Source: Bugula neritina
Taxonomy: Eukaryota; Animalia; Bryozoa
NCBI GenBank assembly: GCA_964035545.1
Contig: OZ037768.1
Coordinates: 2,760,741 to 2,824,740 of the forward strand
Direction: 5' to 3'
DNA: 64,000 nt
Shown here: positions 13,201 through 26,200 of the stretch, one piece after another
Layout: every line of letters begins with the position of its first letter
Numbering within the stretch: the first letter of the stretch is position 1
Program-made: the position numbers and the translations under genes
The notes under the pieces: generated by a model
What the model saw: the letters and a program-made list of their open reading frames with translations, nothing else
What the model was told of the DNA's origin: nothing
The model's database searches: none

Positions 13201-15846
13201 TGGAATAATTTCATCAAATTTTTTTATTTGTAACTTTTAGCTATTTTCAGTCTTTTCATGTTCTGGTTTTTTCGTAAACTAGAAGTTCAGTTTGTCTAGC
13301 GTCATGCAGATAATAATATTTTAGAATCAATAAATCAAATCAGTTGATTAATAGAGAATTTCATGAAACCATACTGCTTGGTGATAATTTGAGTAATGGC
13401 TATATTCTGATGTATTATATGTTACATAACTGTGGTATAATTAAAGTCTAAACAAAAACCTTCTCTTATGCAGATTGACTTTCACCTGTACAAAAATGGC
13501 ACAGATCACCAGCTGTTAGTTGAGCACAACGACTTTATTCTCACTGTACTCAACATTACCAGAGTGGAGGCAACTTTCGATGGCATCTCCACGCACTTTG
13601 TCGAACTGTATGTAGACATATTCCTAGCCAGACGTCCTAAGTTCTTCTACTATATGTATCTCATGCCGGCAGATATAATGGTGTTTATATTACCTTTTGT
13701 TCACCTTCTACCTCCTTCTTCCGAGAGCAGACAGGCTTTGTGTAAGTATTTACTCTGGCTTTTGAGAGAAAATTTTTACAATCTAAGCATTGGTACAAAT
13801 TCAGTGTAATATTCTTTTTCTGGTTTCTCATACTTTTGCGTTTCTGCTTCACCTATTTATATTTATTACTTGAGTAATTGGTATCATTTATAAGTTTTAT
13901 GTGACATTCATATTTGTTGGAATTTGGTGTGTGTTACAGTGGGGGCAATTCTCATAAGTGCGATACTGATGCTGAACACACTGAACGATTTTATGCCTAG
14001 TTATGCTACCGCTGAAGCGCCACAGCCCTGTAAGTAGCATATTCACACCACTTTGTTCTTACTGTTTATTTAAACATAGTCATTAAAATAATTTACTTCA
14101 GTTTTTTTTATAATTTTAGTATGAAACACAATTTAAACCCCAAATGTCTAGACTGTTGAGATGAGAAAATGACTGTATAAATTGATTAAGCAATGAACTG
14201 CTAGTAAATTTCAACTAATGAAGAATAACTAAGAATCAAATACTGATGAAACACAGAGCCTTTACATAGCATATTTTTATAACTCTACAAATATATAACC
14301 AATAGCCAAATAACAAATCTTACATATTTACTTTTATTCGTCACATCTCCAGTTTGTGTCATGACAATAGAATGAAATTGAGGCATATATTCAAATTGGT
14401 TAAGTTCTTCATTAGTGATTGTATGTGATGTATTAAATACAAATGTAGCTCTTAGTTGGTTACTCTTAGTGTTTCTATTACACACCGTCACCTCTACTCA
14501 CTAGAACTCACTTATGATTACTATCACTATCACTCACCAAGTTCATCCCTTTTCTGTCAGTTTTGTTCATAATGATAACTTCCATATAAGTCTATCACCC
14601 TTACACTATATACTATAGTTGTGCACATCTTTGCTGGTAAACTATGTAAATATTGTATTACTTCGAGGTGGTTGACTGATTTCGTCTTGGCTTACCTTGT
14701 TATTATTAGTTCTACACCTGCATTCAATAAATAGAAGCTCATTTTCAGAGAGGTTTGCAAGTTACAGATCTTTGAACTCTTATTTTAGTAAAACTCTACT
14801 TGGCGTGTATAATGTCTACACTCATAAGTATCTTTGGAAGTTGTGTTACCATGTCACTGGCTCGTACCGACGCCAAGACTGGACGAGTACCACGGGCTAT
14901 TCAGAAAGTAAGTTCACCGAGGCTATGCTGTGTTGTGAACTGAGTCTAGAAGCTATGCTGTGTTGTGTACTGAATCTAGAGGTGAGATGATACTAATATC
15001 GTTACACTGCTACTTCTGTCTCATCTACATATTGATGTGTTATCAGATCCTGACCGTCTGTACGCCGTGCAAACAAGCGCAGCGAAATGAACACGCCAGC
15101 TATCAGCTGCTACATCTGGAGAAAATGCTTCAGATGTCTGCAGAAGGTGAAGAGAATGGGGAGGAGCTTCATTCAGCCAATAACGTCACAGATAACGCGG
15201 TGAGTAGTAATAGCTGATAGGACTAGTTAGTACTGAAGTTTTTATTTAGGTCACGTGTAGTTGGCTTACATAGGTATTGGCAGCTGATGATTATATATAT
15301 ATATGCTCAACAGTCGCATTATTTGAGGTATTCCTGTGATGTGTTGGTGTAAAACTTTTTATATAAATTTATTTTTACATGAAAAAACTAATATATTTGT
15401 GTAAAATGTGCAGTCCTGTGAGACTTCCGTGTGTAAGGATTTGTCAAGTGAGCTATGAGCTGTGTATGCTGTGGCACATGGATCATGATCAGATGCCCTT
15501 CCTAACATCACCAGTAACCCTGCAGGGGTTTGCACTCATGACCTTAGGCTAGCTAGGCCTATAGCTACTCCTGTTTCTTCCTTTTTAAATGTTCTGAGAT
15601 AAAATCATGCATGCTTTACATCTAAGTTGAGAGTTGTGATTCCAGGAAGAAGCGAGACAACTCCACCAGCAAGAGCAGAGAGGCACCATGAAGGTACTGC
15701 AACAGCTAGTCAGTGAGCTACAACTTGCCCGGTATCGGGAACAGGTCAAGGTCGAATGGGTCAACTTTGCACAACTCGTCGATAAGATTTTTGTTATTGG
15801 ATTTTTTATTTCTGGAATCTGCTTGCTCAAGTATAACCACTACTAG
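10254..15846 (+). CDS. Divergent non-alpha nAChR-like Cys-loop receptor subunit, complete, ~456 aa
   Basis: Exons 10254-10314, 11085-11215, 11841-11885, 12101-12219, 12660-12843, 13474-13741, 13940-14029, 14789-14907, 15047-15199 and 15646-15846 join into one 1371-nt frame. Signal peptide; LFKNYNALYRP; WVDPRLRW..VWVPD; Cys-loop CRFNMHKFPYDSQHC; GSWAY; pre-M1 RRPKFF; four TM segments; EWVNFAQLVDK before M4; no loop-C vicinal Cys. Confidence 0.88.
12207..12568 (+). repeat. 24-bp minisatellite (GTGTTGAACAGGTGGGTGGTCAGT) x ~15 containing the exon end and splice donor
   Basis: The first copy is the true exon end GTGTTGAACAG|GTGAGT; the following copies repeat it mostly with GTGGGT. Confidence 0.95.
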
Positions 15847-16317
15847 TTGTGTATTCAGTGTGCTGCGAGTATAACCACTACTAGTTGTGTATTCAGTGTG
15901 CTGCGAGTATAACCACTACTAGTTGTGTATTCAGTGTGCTGCGAGTATAACCACTACTAGTTGTGTATTCAGTGTGCTGCGAGTATAACCACTACTAGTT
16001 GTGTATTCAGTGTGCTGCGAGTATAACCACTACTAGTTGTGTATTCAGTGTGCTGCGAGTATAACCACTACTAGTTGTGTATTCAGTGTGCTGCAAGTAT
16101 AACCACTACTAGTTGTGTATTCAGTGTGCTGCGAGTATAACCACTACTAGTTGTGTATTCAGTGTGCTGCGAGTATAACCACTACTAGTTTTGTATTCAG
16201 TGTGCTGCGAGTATAACCACTACTAGTTGTGTATTCAGTGTGCTGCGAGTATAACCACTACTAGTTGTGTATTCAGTGTGCTGCGAGTATAACCACTACT
16301 AGTTGTGTATTCAGTGT
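15829..16317 (+). repeat. 38-bp minisatellite x ~13 containing the last codons and stop codon of the nAChR-like gene
   Basis: Unit GAGTATAACCACTACTAGTTGTGTATTCAGTGTGCTGC; the first copy encodes K-Y-N-H-Y-stop. Confidence 0.95.
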
Positions 16318-16540
16318 CACTTTTGAAGTCAACCTTAAATAATTGTTTTGTTTCTCATATGAACATTCATTGTATTTTACAGCTGAGTGTTTTTGTTATT
16401 TAGAATAGATGTATAAAGTTGATGTTAGTGTTGTTGAAAGTAAAATTTATTTAATATCTGGCTTGTTGATTAAGCAAGTCTTTAACATGTTTTATAACTT
16501 CTCAAATCTCTTTTTTTTGAGAATTTTAGTTGTTCTAGAG

Positions 16541-16748
16541 CTTTCTATAGTTCTATAGCATTCTATAGTATTCTATGGTATTCTATAGCATTCTATGATA
16601 TTCTATAGTATTCTATGGTATTCTATAGCATTCTATGGTATTCTATAGTATTCTATGGTATTCTCTAGTATTCTATGGTATTCTATAGTATTATATGGTA
16701 TTCTATAGCATTCTATGGTATTCTATAGTATTCTATGATATTCTATAG
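16541..16748. repeat. 10-bp tandem repeat (TTCTATRGYA)n x ~20
   Basis: Alternating ttctatagta / ttctatggta / ttctatagca units. Confidence 0.9.
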
Positions 16749-17989
16749 GTTGAAAAGAAATGACAGTTTACCAACAATTAGTAAAACGTATCTAATATTA
16801 ATAACTCAATCTGTTTTTTTTCTTTTATTATAATTTTTAATCAACAAAAAAGAGTTACTTCACCTTTCCCACTTGTTTTTAGATTAGTCTACTTTATGTA
16901 TAAATAATAATAATAGTAATTTCAGTTATTTTATATAAGAAATAAAATTTCAATTAATGCTTTCTGTTACATCCTTCAAGTGTCTTGTTTCCTCTCCTAG
17001 TGTTCATACGCAGCCATACTCAGTTGAGTTGCACCTTGTACAAATAGCCTACAATGTGTTGCAGGTATATAATTGGTGACAATTTATTAACTAGCTAAAA
17101 CAATATGATCTTTTAGACTTCAGACAAATTAATGTCAGCAACAGATGACTATATTTGAAAAGTCAAGTAACTGTAATCATTTAAGCATTTAAAAATTCAT
17201 TTTCTATTTTTTAACAATATTTTAGCAAAAAATATTTGCACAAGTTTCAAACCGCACCATTCCAAAAAACAATATTATGATAAAATGCTTTCTGCATGGA
17301 GTAGAACTTGATTCATATTCTACTATAGTGCATGTTAAATAAATCACCAACTCTGCAGAACAACTATAACATATATGTATATTCAAAGGTATAATGCAAT
17401 GGTTCTCTGCATAAGAAAGCTACACATGCATATCAAATGTGTTCTTATCTAGATGGATGGATTAAATGAAATAAAATAAATATCCATAACTATACACATA
17501 AACATTAATATTATCTACATTGATGTTTCTCTTTATTAATTTTTAATTGCTGATGCACTGGTGTGTATTATATTGTACTTCCTGGATTAACATAGTATTA
17601 ATTTAGTTAAATGTAATAAACAAGTTAGGTTGTACTCATGTTTAATTATAATAATATAATAGGTTTACACTCTTCTATTCTGTCATTTCTTATATACACA
17701 GTAACTCTAATGTAGGTGCAGTATGTAATGGAGAAATTGGGCAAAGCCTGTGTTCTAGATAAGAAATGCATGTAAATTACCGATGTTTTCCTTGGAATTG
17801 CAACTCACTTACTAAAGTTCATTAAAAATAACCAAGCTTTGGCTATTGAAATTTATTACTGTGCCTAAAATTTTCATATTTTCATTTTATGTAGCTATTA
17901 AAAAGCATTACAAGCCTTGAAGAGATGGACATATAGACATAAAAGTGACGCTCGCAAGAAATCCGCTGAGATGGTCAGATTATCTGAGT

Positions 17990-18320
17990 TACTTTTATGA
18001 GAGGAGGGCAAATTGTGGAAGGCAGAAAATATTTACAAAGTCATACCATGGAAAGCAGAAAAGGTAATATGACATACTCCAAAGAGCTGTTTCATATGAA
18101 ACTTGGGATAATGAGAACACAGAACAAAGCAAGCTGGGAAAGCTGTATCCGTGAATGCATAGAGAAATTTGAGAGAAGGATAAGAGAAGGATCGTGGTGA
18201 ATTAGGAATATTTAGTAAACAGATGATGACTAACACTTTCAACACATTGGAACTTTAAGGCTTTCTCTTGAGGGAATGTTACAACACATCATCAAAGTTG
18301 CATTGGATTTCAAAGAACAT
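17990..18320 (+). mobile_element. Decayed Ty3/Gypsy integrase fragment (zinc-binding H2C2 region and start of the core)
   Basis: Across stops and frameshifts it reads EEGKLWK..KVIP..DIL/KELFHMKLGIMRTQNKA../LYP*MHREI/ERRIREG.. and then KVALDFKE, resembling the Gypsy pattern GIxRTxxKAR..YWPGMxREIExxIRxC..PWxKVALDF. Confidence 0.45.
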
Positions 18321-20277
18321 CGCCTTACAGTAAGAAAAACACCCACTTAATAGTCTGACACAAATTCCGTTAGCTTAGATGGCAGACAACTCCCACTAAA
18401 ACTGCAAACTCCTCCCATAATATTTGCCAATAATCTACTTCATCACGTTATGTCGCAAATTTAAAGCCGAATTGCTTCTTAGATAAATAAGCATGACTGA
18501 GTTTATGACAGGGCATTCATAACTTCAATAGCATTACATACAAATTGATAAAGACCTTTGCATTCCCCTGATAAGGATTTTTGTTATAGAAGACATAGCC
18601 AGTACAGCGTATAATATTGTTAGTTACTGCACCAGTAGCTTGTGTCACACTGCGTTACTGGAGCCTATCTGTCTAGATTGTATTATTGTTACACACGTGT
18701 GATGCACTGTGTAAGGTGATCCACCTATTCATAGTGTTTGTGTGCATCGAGTGCCTTCTTTATTACTACGTCGTGGTGACTGCAGAGTCACAGTGTTTAG
18801 ATTGAGAGTTGTAAATATTTGGCAACCGTGTGATCCCTAAACTCACTCGTGTTCTCATTTGCCGCCCTTGGAACTGACATCATTCTTGCAAGCTGGGCTT
18901 TGTGACTCATGAAGTCAGTAATAAAATAATTCATTGATCCAGCTGAAGGTAAGGTTTTTTTTAACTTCTTCTGCTATATTTTTTATCAATAGAACACTAA
19001 AACTGACACTGACCAACACTGATGTGCTCAATTTCTCCATTATACCTGTTTTATGAAACTAAACTTCTCTTATTCAAAACCATAAGGTGTAAACACTGAC
19101 AGAAATCTAGCAGCTGATCTTATGTGTTGATTTGGTTTGGAATGTACATTGTGGCCATTTTATTTAATGGACAAACGAATTAATAATATTTTATTATAAA
19201 TGTTTTCTAAAGCTCAAACTTTGCTTAAAACATCTTTTATCCAATCTTCAATCTAAAATTAACATATAATCATTACTTTTAGCACTTTTTTTCACTTTTT
19301 TTACTTTGTCAAGCTGATATATTTGTTTTAAACCAAGTTATACATTGTATACTTTTATGGTTGTACAACCCCTAACACACAATGAAAACTTCTATCTCCT
19401 AAAAGTAAATCAATTGATTATTTTGAGTTTGGACTGCAATTCATTTTAAAAGCAGACAATTAGCTAAAACATAAGGCAGTATGAAAAAGTTTTTACACAT
19501 ATAAAGACAGTTTTGTGGCAATACTCTGCTCTGCATGTTAAATTCCACATAGAAGTTTCTAAAAGTACCATGTAACAGTACATATGAACATTTCCACTTA
19601 GTTGCAATTCAGTTGTACGTAGTTGTGTGCTTCAGTCTCTTTGTCTATATTTACATTCTATTGAAGAAGCAGTGCATACTATACACCATTTTTGGTTGGT
19701 TAGTTTGGTTTACACCATTTTAATTGTTGGTAGAGTATAGTTGTACACCCATAAATAAACATTCGGCTATGAAATTATCACATCTCAGGAAATGGTTGGT
19801 GTCCATCATTTATACTTTAGTATTTAATGATGTTATGTTAACAGTGTGAGTCCACTGTAGTTAAAGCCAAATCAAGTGCTCAACAGTATTAGTCTAAATA
19901 TTGATAGTGCAGCTATTATGATTTACTGGCTACTGTTGTTTGAATACTCTACCCTATGTTGAAACTGTTATACTTGTTTGGTGATTAAATAAAAACTTTT
20001 TTGGGATTTTTTAAGATCAGATCATTTTTTCATATGTCTGATTATTGTTGGCACTGAGGGTGTGGTGTTGTAGATCTAAAGATATTCAGCTTATTGATAG
20101 AGGCAGCATAGTGAGGAAGGCAGCAAGTCAGCTTACTGAGGAAGGCAGCATATTGATAGAGACAGCACAGCGGTACAGTGTGCTAGCTGACACAGTGCTG
20201 GACCACTAGGCAGCTAAATGCTGGACAGAGAGGCCGGTTAAATTATTCTATAGAGGAAGTTCTATCACTGAGCAAAT

Positions 20278-23200
20278 ATGAGTTACACAACTAACCGGAG
20301 TTGTACTCACTCCTCCCACTCTGAGGAAATTCCTTCCGAGGAACCTATGCTAACATTTGCTCCTAAATCCGGCAGCTATAACATGGTAAGCTACATACAA
20401 CCAGATGATTTAAACATTGTATTTAGCAGCTAAAATATGATATTCTCGGTGTAATTGACCTCTTTACTCACCTGTGCACAATCAATGAGATCTACAGCAC
20501 ATTTTGTCAAATCTTTTCACACAAGTCACATGATGTAGGAGGCCTACTTGATTCACTCCCAAGTTGAAGTTGTTTACAACTCAACTTGAAACTGCTATTT
20601 CCTGTTGTGTCAACATGAATGTTTGCTCTCTAAATGAATATTAGCTTAGAAAGTTGCCACTCTTACCAGTTTCTGTTATCTCTTTCCCCCTCATCATACC
20701 AGATGACCACATAACAAACAACATAATTATTGTGAAACTACTACTGCCATATTCTAGTCTGCATACTGCAGAATACTGTACATTTTATGTTATAGGAATT
20801 TCTAACTTAGGGATGTATAAGAGACACTTGATAAGCAGTAAGATAATTTGATAGTCCAAAGTCAAAATTCACCCAACTGCTGCATACCCGAAATGATGAC
20901 ATGTTATTTTTTATAATAATCTTTAGAGTCGCCCTGACTGACCTTTCTGCTTAATAATAGTAGAGACCATAGATATGACACTTGACTAGACACTCTCAGG
21001 AATGCAATATTTTCAAGATGTGATTCAAATGTAAACTTGATCTAAAATAGCTATTGTTCAAATCGAATTTATCAACTTGAAATAATGTAGGTGTAGGTTT
21101 GCTTTTTCAGATTGATCTCACTTTGATTACGGATAATAAAGTTCAGTGATTTAATTGCATGAACAATTTCAGGCAGTTACCTAATTTACCCTTTTATAAT
21201 CCTAAAAATATCAGGTTGGAGGTACAACTCGTGATACAGAATAGCCTTTATATAGTAACTATATGACTAGAATCTAGACTCTCGACCAGGGCTGTCCAAC
21301 AGGCGGCCTCAGGGCCGGATGTGACCCCCAGCCTACATTTATGTTGCCTTCGAAGCTAAAATTAGTTTTCACAAATATACATTAATTAGAGTCAAAAACC
21401 ACCTTTTAAATGTCTTATTTCTACAGATGCTACAAAACATGCAGCCTGCAGTAACAATTGAGACCTAATTGTGTAATGATTCATAATAATTTTGAATAAA
21501 ATGATTTGAAAAATACGAATGCTGTGGCCCCCAGCTCAAGCTGAAGTTTACAATGTGACCCTCGTCATGGAATATTCCATTTTAGTGGCCCTCAGTCTAT
21601 AAAGGTTAAACACCCCTGCTCTAGACCATTGAAACCTGCAGAATACATGCTGCCTTATTTTCAATAATTCAATCTCTTAAAGTTTAAACCAATAGCTTTT
21701 ATCCATGCAGACTGTAATTTTAATTAATAACTGCAGAAGTAAGATTGTACTGCAGGCATGAACAAAATAGCACCCAGGAGGATGCCAAGCTTAATAATTA
21801 AATCCTAAAAGCAATACAGTATTAAAAGTATCAATAGGCTAAGTAGATGAAGTGCCTACCATAGGCTGATGAACTTCTAAGTGCAGTACATGGCTGCTAA
21901 AGTATAAACAGTATATGAATTTAGCTCTCACTAAAAGATAGTAACTTTAATTTTTGGTCATGCATATATAGGTATTATGCTATTACATTATTTTGTTGAA
22001 CAATTATATTGATATGCAATCTAATTCTTATTATTTTGTTATACTATTATCCTATGTAATCAAATTATATTAGTATATTTTGTTGTCCCTATGTTTTAAT
22101 ATAAATTATTTTTGTGTTACATTATCAATATGCTCTTTAATTTATATCATATTATATAATACTATACTATATTATACTAATTTAGAGACTGCAAAATCTG
22201 GCCCGAAGAGGTAAATGCAAGTGGATAGCATTCGTACTGCTGACAGTCCTCATCCTTCTGCTGCTGCTGTGCGGAGCTGTCATCATTCTGTTCACGTCGG
22301 ATGGAAAGTATGTTGTGGCCCAGGAACCTGAGGAAGCTATGGGAGCGGAGAGCCAAGCTGCCCCTCTCAAAAAGGTATGACATAGCTCTTATGCACACTT
22401 GTTACGACACATTTACAATAATCTTTTAATGCTGTGTGGAACAGCTAAAGTTTAGGTCATAAGTGCTCTTTTTATATCTCACTAAGTTGCAGGTTCGAAA
22501 CCTCAATTGGTGACATAGTAGAATACCAGATTTAACTCACGGATCCATTAAATTTGGTTGTTTGTCTCTATGCACGCATACATAAGCTACAGAACAGTAT
22601 CTAAGCTCTTTTCGTGACCTATGGAATTTCGTAAGACCTGGATCTGAAGGGAGCATTGTATTTATAATGTAGATTGTACCTGCAGGGGAATAACTTAGAA
22701 CTAAAATTATATTTAAATTAATTTAAAAAAATGGTGTTATTGAGCACACTACTAAGTGCATGTTCTAGTACTGTTTGATAAATGTACTGCAACTAGAATA
22801 TCTTGACCCTATTGCATAAGAAATCAGTTTCAAGACCCACAAAACAAGAAATAATGGGTATGTTGCATTATTGCACAACAATCAGCACCAAAATAGAATT
22901 ATAATGCAACAGTATTGTTCTTATTGAACTGAAAAACGGTCAAGTTGGGGCTACTAATGGCATCTATTTCAAAGTTAGTACATTAAATATTTCAAATAAT
23001 CATTTTTAAATAGTGAAAAGTTTATGGCATAACTATAATATTACAGTGCTATAATCAAGTGGTTGCCATGTTAATCCCAAAGGCCCTTTTGTCTTGAGCA
23101 ACACATCTCACCAGATGTGTCCCCCCACACCCATTATGTAAATGTGATTATCATGATAATTGCACACCTGTCTAGTGCAGTCAGGCAGGGAAGTTTGCAT

Positions 23201-26200
23201 ATATTTTAAATATTCAAGTTTGTATGCAGCAGGTGTGGCTAGTCATTCACGGGCTTTCCATGTACCGATCTCAGATCGATCTCGCTAAGATCGATCTGAG
23301 AAATGTGCTCAGATCGATCGTTTTTCCATGAGAGTGTCAGATCGATCTCACGAAGTTGCCTCCTCTTAAGTGAAGGATACTTTAAAAGTATAATTTGTTC
23401 ACCTATTTGAGTGATTAAAGCTACTACTGTTGAAAACAAGGCGGTCGTAGTCTAAAATTTAATCCCAGCTATAAACTATACGCAGCAAAGCTTTCAGTGT
23501 ATGGTAATTTGGCCAATTTAAAATAATTATTTTTAATTTTTTAGCTTGACAGCTTATAAAAAATTAATGGCTGTCTTGCAAATTATTAATAAACTTACAG
23601 GAATGTTAGGCTTGAAATTACAAAGAAAATAGCTAATGAAACTAAGTTTTAATAGTCATTTAAATTCAATTTAAATTCTCCCATTTTTTTTTACCTCCTA
23701 TACTGCATATAATTGAGTTTTCATTGTACTGAAAGTCAAAGTTTTGGCATCTAAAAAGGTGGCTATCATAATTATTTAATACTATTTAATATTTAATACT
23801 TATCAACAAGTTATCATTTTTATTAGCAGACAACATTGTAGCGCCCAGTCTTTTTCTACTTCTCAGATCGATCTGGCGTCTTTCCATGGTCTTATTGACA
23901 TGAGATCGATCTGAGTTCGAGCTTTACAGACCGACCAGCTCAGATCGACGGAAATCGATCTTTGGCGTCTTTCCATGAATCGATCTCACTAAGATCGAGC
24001 TGAGATCGGTCCATGGAAAGCCGGTGATTATACTGTGCAATTTCCAGAAGGCATCTGTCAACTGGTCCATGGTGACCTTTTTAAAACTGGCATTTGGCTA
24101 TAGGACTAAAATTAATTGGGTCTTTTAAACAAATGTGCCCTATTTTTGAAGTATAAATATATTTTTTCAGACAAACCAATTTTTACTTAGCACTGCTGCT
24201 TAATGATCTCAAACCTAAAATTTACAATTTACCAAGTGTACCCGGCTTTTTAGCTATTTCTGTTGAATATCCTGTACATTGTCAAAGGAGACAGAAGTTT
24301 AAAACTAGAGTTAAAGATTTCCTGATGACTCATTCCTCCCAAAACATTCTAGAAATTATTAAATTTGCCTGGCTTAATAAAATAATTAATTAATTATCTC
24401 CCCATAGTTTACTTCTCGGTTTGGCACAAGTTTAGATGTACTTCTATTTGATGACTTGACTTTAGGAGGAAAAGACTTATAAGTTTGAGTACCAAACTGA
24501 AGGGAAGCAAAAAGAACAGGTTATTATAAATGTCAAGGACAACTACACAGAGCTGTTTGCAGACGATGTCACTGTCTTCAATCACTTCAAACAGGTAGGT
24601 GCAGGCTCTTTTCATAAATAATATGTTTACTTTCCGGTGTTCTGATAACAAACACAGTGAGTTGATGGCAGCAAGGTATGTTATGTTGGCAAAATATTGA
24701 CCTCTACTCACTCAACTCTGGCCAGTTCTATAACTTCCTTGTTTTCATCTGGACTGTTCATTGTATTTTACGTAGTGTTCACTATTACATTTTATACCAT
24801 GTATACATTACACCCTACATTGTGTTCTGTATTATGTTATGTATTATGTTCTATGCCATGTTTTATACATTTACAATACATTTATTGCATCATGTATTGT
24901 GTTTCTATAAAGAGTTTGGTATCATATCTTCTATCTACATTCTTACAGAGAATTTCTCTACACAGAATACAAGTTACCAAGACAGTTCAAGTTTGTCTGG
25001 TAAAGACCATAAAGGGTGAAGTGAGACCAAAGATGTTGGAGAATGCTTTGTCAGAGTTGACTACTATTCAGGTTAGTATCTAACTTTTAGGACTCTGCAA
25101 GGCGAGAGTAGCAATATCTGTATAGGCTGAGCACATGGTGATACTCAAAGAGTGAAAGGTACAACTGTTTGTCTCCACTATGTTAATTGTATAGAGCAAC
25201 TAGCCTACATAGAAAGAACTGATATCAATTATGGGACTCCAATTCTTCTATCATTTGCCTCCCCCTCCTTTTCTTAAGTTTTTCTGCAAAATATTCCATT
25301 TGAAGTACAAGAGAATAACCGATTTGTGGTTGCTTCACTTTAAACCTACACAAAGGCTGAAGTGCTACACAATGTTATATTAACTTATCTCGGCACTAGA
25401 AGGAAATAAAAAGCTTCTCTCTGAAATAGGTGAACTCCAGTGAGCTCTACATCATAGACTCATCTCCAGTACCAGAGGAGGTGTTGGGGGACATGACGGT
25501 GCATCAGTTCTGTAGCCATCTACCAGTTTACTTACTCAAGCAAGTCAATGTAACTGGTAACGGCCCTGACATTGGTCTCACTATTGAGGACATTGTTCAA
25601 CAATTTCAAGGTATTCCCAGCTGGAGCAATTCACTACAATCACTACTACTACATCGTGGTTAAAATTCTTGATCTTGTTTCAATGCTGTACGTAGTGAAC
25701 GAAATCTTAGCATATGGAGCATGAAGTATATAGACACTGTATGTATTTGGTATCATTTTGAATATTTTTAACCCTTACCCTGAGGAGGTAATATTTGAGT
25801 TGGAGAACTTATAATCTGAATAATTTAAATAAAAATTAGACAATATTTATCACCATTTTTATTCTATTATTTTATATTTTTATTTCAATTATTTTTTTCA
25901 ATTCCTATTTATTGTTTAATTTTGCAGAAAGAGGATACATTCCTAGAAAGCGCCGTCAAGCACTGGATCCATATGACCAGCACAATGGAGGCCCATATTA
26001 CTGCGGCGGTCCAATAGGGACGGGAGATCCTCTGCCCGCTATACAGTACACATGCACTAAAAAGAAGAACTACTGCTATCGTAGCCTAGTCAATGAGCAG
26101 TGCGATGAGTGTTACCATGGCCACTGTGAGTTGCACAAAGATACAAATCTCTGGCTATTTTTAGACCAGTCAGACAATCGTATACTTTACATACTATCAG

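Noticed and set aside
15829-16317. CRISPR-like appearance of the 38-, 33-, 24- and 22-bp arrays
   Set aside because: Units are directly contiguous with no unique spacers, there are no cas genes, and the context is eukaryotic: these are minisatellites
22430-22560. Possible tRNA (GGTTCGAAACC B-box at ~22491)
   Set aside because: No cloverleaf can be built; at most a decayed tRNA-derived SINE head
24678-25019. Hydrophobic 113-aa ORF inside the BRICHOS gene
   Set aside because: Mostly T-rich intron sequence; the real exon (24949-25071) is in another frame
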